From Squalus acanthias (taxonomy: Eukaryota), in the NCBI GenBank assembly GCA_030390025.1, contig CM059425.1:169386001-169450000 (forward strand): 64,000 nucleotides of DNA, in the 5' to 3' direction. The notes under the pieces are model-generated. The model did no database searches, had not been told where the DNA came from, and saw nothing but the letters and a program-made list of their open reading frames with translations. The position numbers and the translations under genes were made by a program. Positions 61,976 to 64,000 of this stretch are shown piece after piece (the stretch's first letter is position 1; each line of letters starts with the position of its first letter).

Positions 61976-64000
61976 GGGGGAGAAATTCGGTATCGCCCCG
62001 TTTGGGGCGCAATTATCGACCGGGCGCAAAGTTTAGCGCCTGCCGCTAATTATCGCCTCCGACTGCAAACTTGGCTTTTATCGCCCCTGGAGGTGATTGG
62101 AGCGCTAAATCAGGTGCTACACACCTCTCTTAAGGCGCTAACGCTGAGGAGCGAGGCGCTAACTCAGAGCGCGGGCGAAGCTCAGGTGATGTCAGTTAGC
62201 AATGGAACACAGACACACTGGCGCCGGCCAGTTCTTAAAGGGAAGGGTCGATCTTGCTCTCCAGCCACACCCTGCTCATTGCAGTCTTGAATCTTGGCCT
62301 GGACAGACCTGTGCATGAAATCTTCAACCAAGGACTATGGAGAGGGTCAGGGAACGAGTTCAGCGCTTCAGCGACCGGGCCTTGGAGGCTCTGGTTGGCA
62401 CGGTGGAGCGCCGAAGAGCAATACTGTACCCAGAGAGTGGCAGGAGGCCATTGCCACGTGACTACAGAAGAGTGTGGAGGGAGGTGGCTCATCACGTCTC
62501 CTCCAGGAGCATGGTTCCCAGGACCCATACACCATGTCGCAAAAAGTTCAACGACCTCACTCGGGTCGTCGGGGTGAGTGGCTGTTTTTCAATACCTCTC
62601 CATCCCTCCAGCTTAACCTCACTCTATGGCCAGAGGGTCTTAAAACCCCAATGTCTAACACATCCAAGACCTATGGCCATCTCATAAAACACACACGCAC
62701 ATTCCACACCTTGCATACATTAAGGGCTATTCAACTATGGGAGGCACATCAGGCAAGACCATGGCTGCATATTTACTCAGACGCCGTCCTTTTTCTTGCA
62801 GGCCAAGCTATCTCACAACAGGAGACAGCAGCAATGGACGGGTGGAGGGCCGTCTCAGCTGCAACCCCTCAGCGATCTTGAGGCGCGCATCCACAGGATT
62901 GTGGCAAGCCAGGTGATCGATCCCGTCGCCGCTGGAGAGGCCGACCCCGTTCGGGACAGCAATGGTAAGGTCATCAGCTTTCTCTCCTCTCTCATTCCAC
63001 TTGTCCCTCACAACACCAGCCTTTTACACTTTCAATCCAACTTACAAAATCGCTCCACTCCTTCCTCCCTTACTGCCCCCCTGTCCTGACGCTAAAGCCA
63101 CTCTTGTACCTCCCTGCTTTCAGATGGTGATTCACCAGCTGAGGAGACGGGCCCTCAAGCAGCCAGTGGGAGCAAAGCCATAGGCGGGGAGGAAGAGGAA
63201 GCCGGAGCCTCAACGCCAGTGTCTCCCGAGGAAGCCCATGCCCACACTGGGACCACGTCTTCCTTGGAGGGGAGCAGGGGGGGAAGGGTCTGATGAGGGT
63301 GAAGCTTCGAGACCCAGCGGGCTGCAGCAACGCGATGGGGGTAGGGAAGCTCGGGGCAGGGAAGCTCGGGGGCCTTCTCCCCAGAGGGAGAGTAGGCCAG
63401 CGAGTCCTGCTGCACTGGACGCAGAAGAGGAGCGGCTCATCGCGGAAATGAACACCCAGGCGGTGGACATGCACACTCAGCTCATGGGTGCAATGGGAAA
63501 GGTGCCCGAAAGCATTGATGGACTGGCAAGGAGTCTGGAGCACTACGTTGCAGCACAGGCGGATGCCACGCTAAAGCTTAGTGCTGCAATTCAGTCACTG
63601 GCTGCCATGATCCAATCTCAGACTGCTCTCATGCAGTTTCAGATTGAGGCCACGCAAGCACTGACTGCTGCCATCGTCGCTGGTTCAGACACATTGCCCC
63701 GGGGCTCTCACCGCGCCGCAGTAGGCCAGCAATCTGTGCTCGAGCAGATTGCTCCGGATGCTGAGGTACTGCCCCGTGGGAGTGCCAGTGTGTCGGTCGA
63801 GCAAGGAGGTGCTATCCTCTCTCAAGATGACAGCATTCCTGCTGCCACGACTGTCACTTCCCATTGCACTTGCCACCGCCTGTAGCCCAGACTGCTGCCG
63901 CCCATGCAGAGTTGGTGCAGTCTGCAGCCGGGCCCTCCAGGCCCAGAGCTGGTCGAGGGCGTCCTTCAAGGGCATCTATCGTCTCAGGATCTGACATTCA
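61976..64000. mobile_element. Second family B Harbinger, running off the window end
   Basis: TIR GGGGGAGAAATTCGG preceded by TAG. Colinear with 41723-43830. Confidence 0.93.
62337..64000 (+). pseudogene. Myb/SANT partner gene (exons 62337-62573, 62802-62964, 63124-end), frameshifted in exon 3
   Basis: Same exon lengths (237 and 163 nt) as the 42076 gene. An extra G in the run at ~63277-63283 and a 1-bp loss near 63860 break the frame. Confidence 0.85.

Noticed and set aside
1..64000. RNA-guided nuclease (Fanzor/TnpB), viral or bacterial cargo genes
   Set aside because: No RuvC, capsid, integrase or prokaryote-like ORFs were recognised. All interpretable ORFs are Harbinger, CR1 or L2.

Overview
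Repeat-dense eukaryotic DNA, most likely from a shark or other chondrichthyan. This is inferred from an HE1-like V-SINE, SacSINE1-like DeuSINEs and abundant CR1 and L2 LINEs. I found no convincing host exon, rRNA, intact tRNA or CRISPR array. The window is dominated by several PIF/Harbinger DNA-transposon families. Two are full-length two-gene elements (32708-37655 and 41723-45903), each with a HARBI1-like DDE transposase and a convergent spliced Myb/SANT gene. Two more are cut by the window edges, and more than ten are non-autonomous derivatives or MITEs. Best-supported observations: (1) a ~6.7 kb inversion between two near-identical inverted Harbinger MITEs, which splits an older Harbinger and swaps a TSD; (2) a three-level nest in which a MITE holds a CR1 that holds two Harbingers; (3) an apparently intact 3-exon 459-aa Myb gene beside a transposase with a single frameshift; (4) a conserved C-terminal AT-hook-like RGRP motif in the Myb partners; (5) a C-W-N-W-G target preference that may draw Harbingers into CR1 tails; (6) a matching SINE/LINE tail pair; (7) an unexplained multi-hairpin element near 47.7-48.1 kb. 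All alignments were made by eye, and coordinates of old repeats are approximate.
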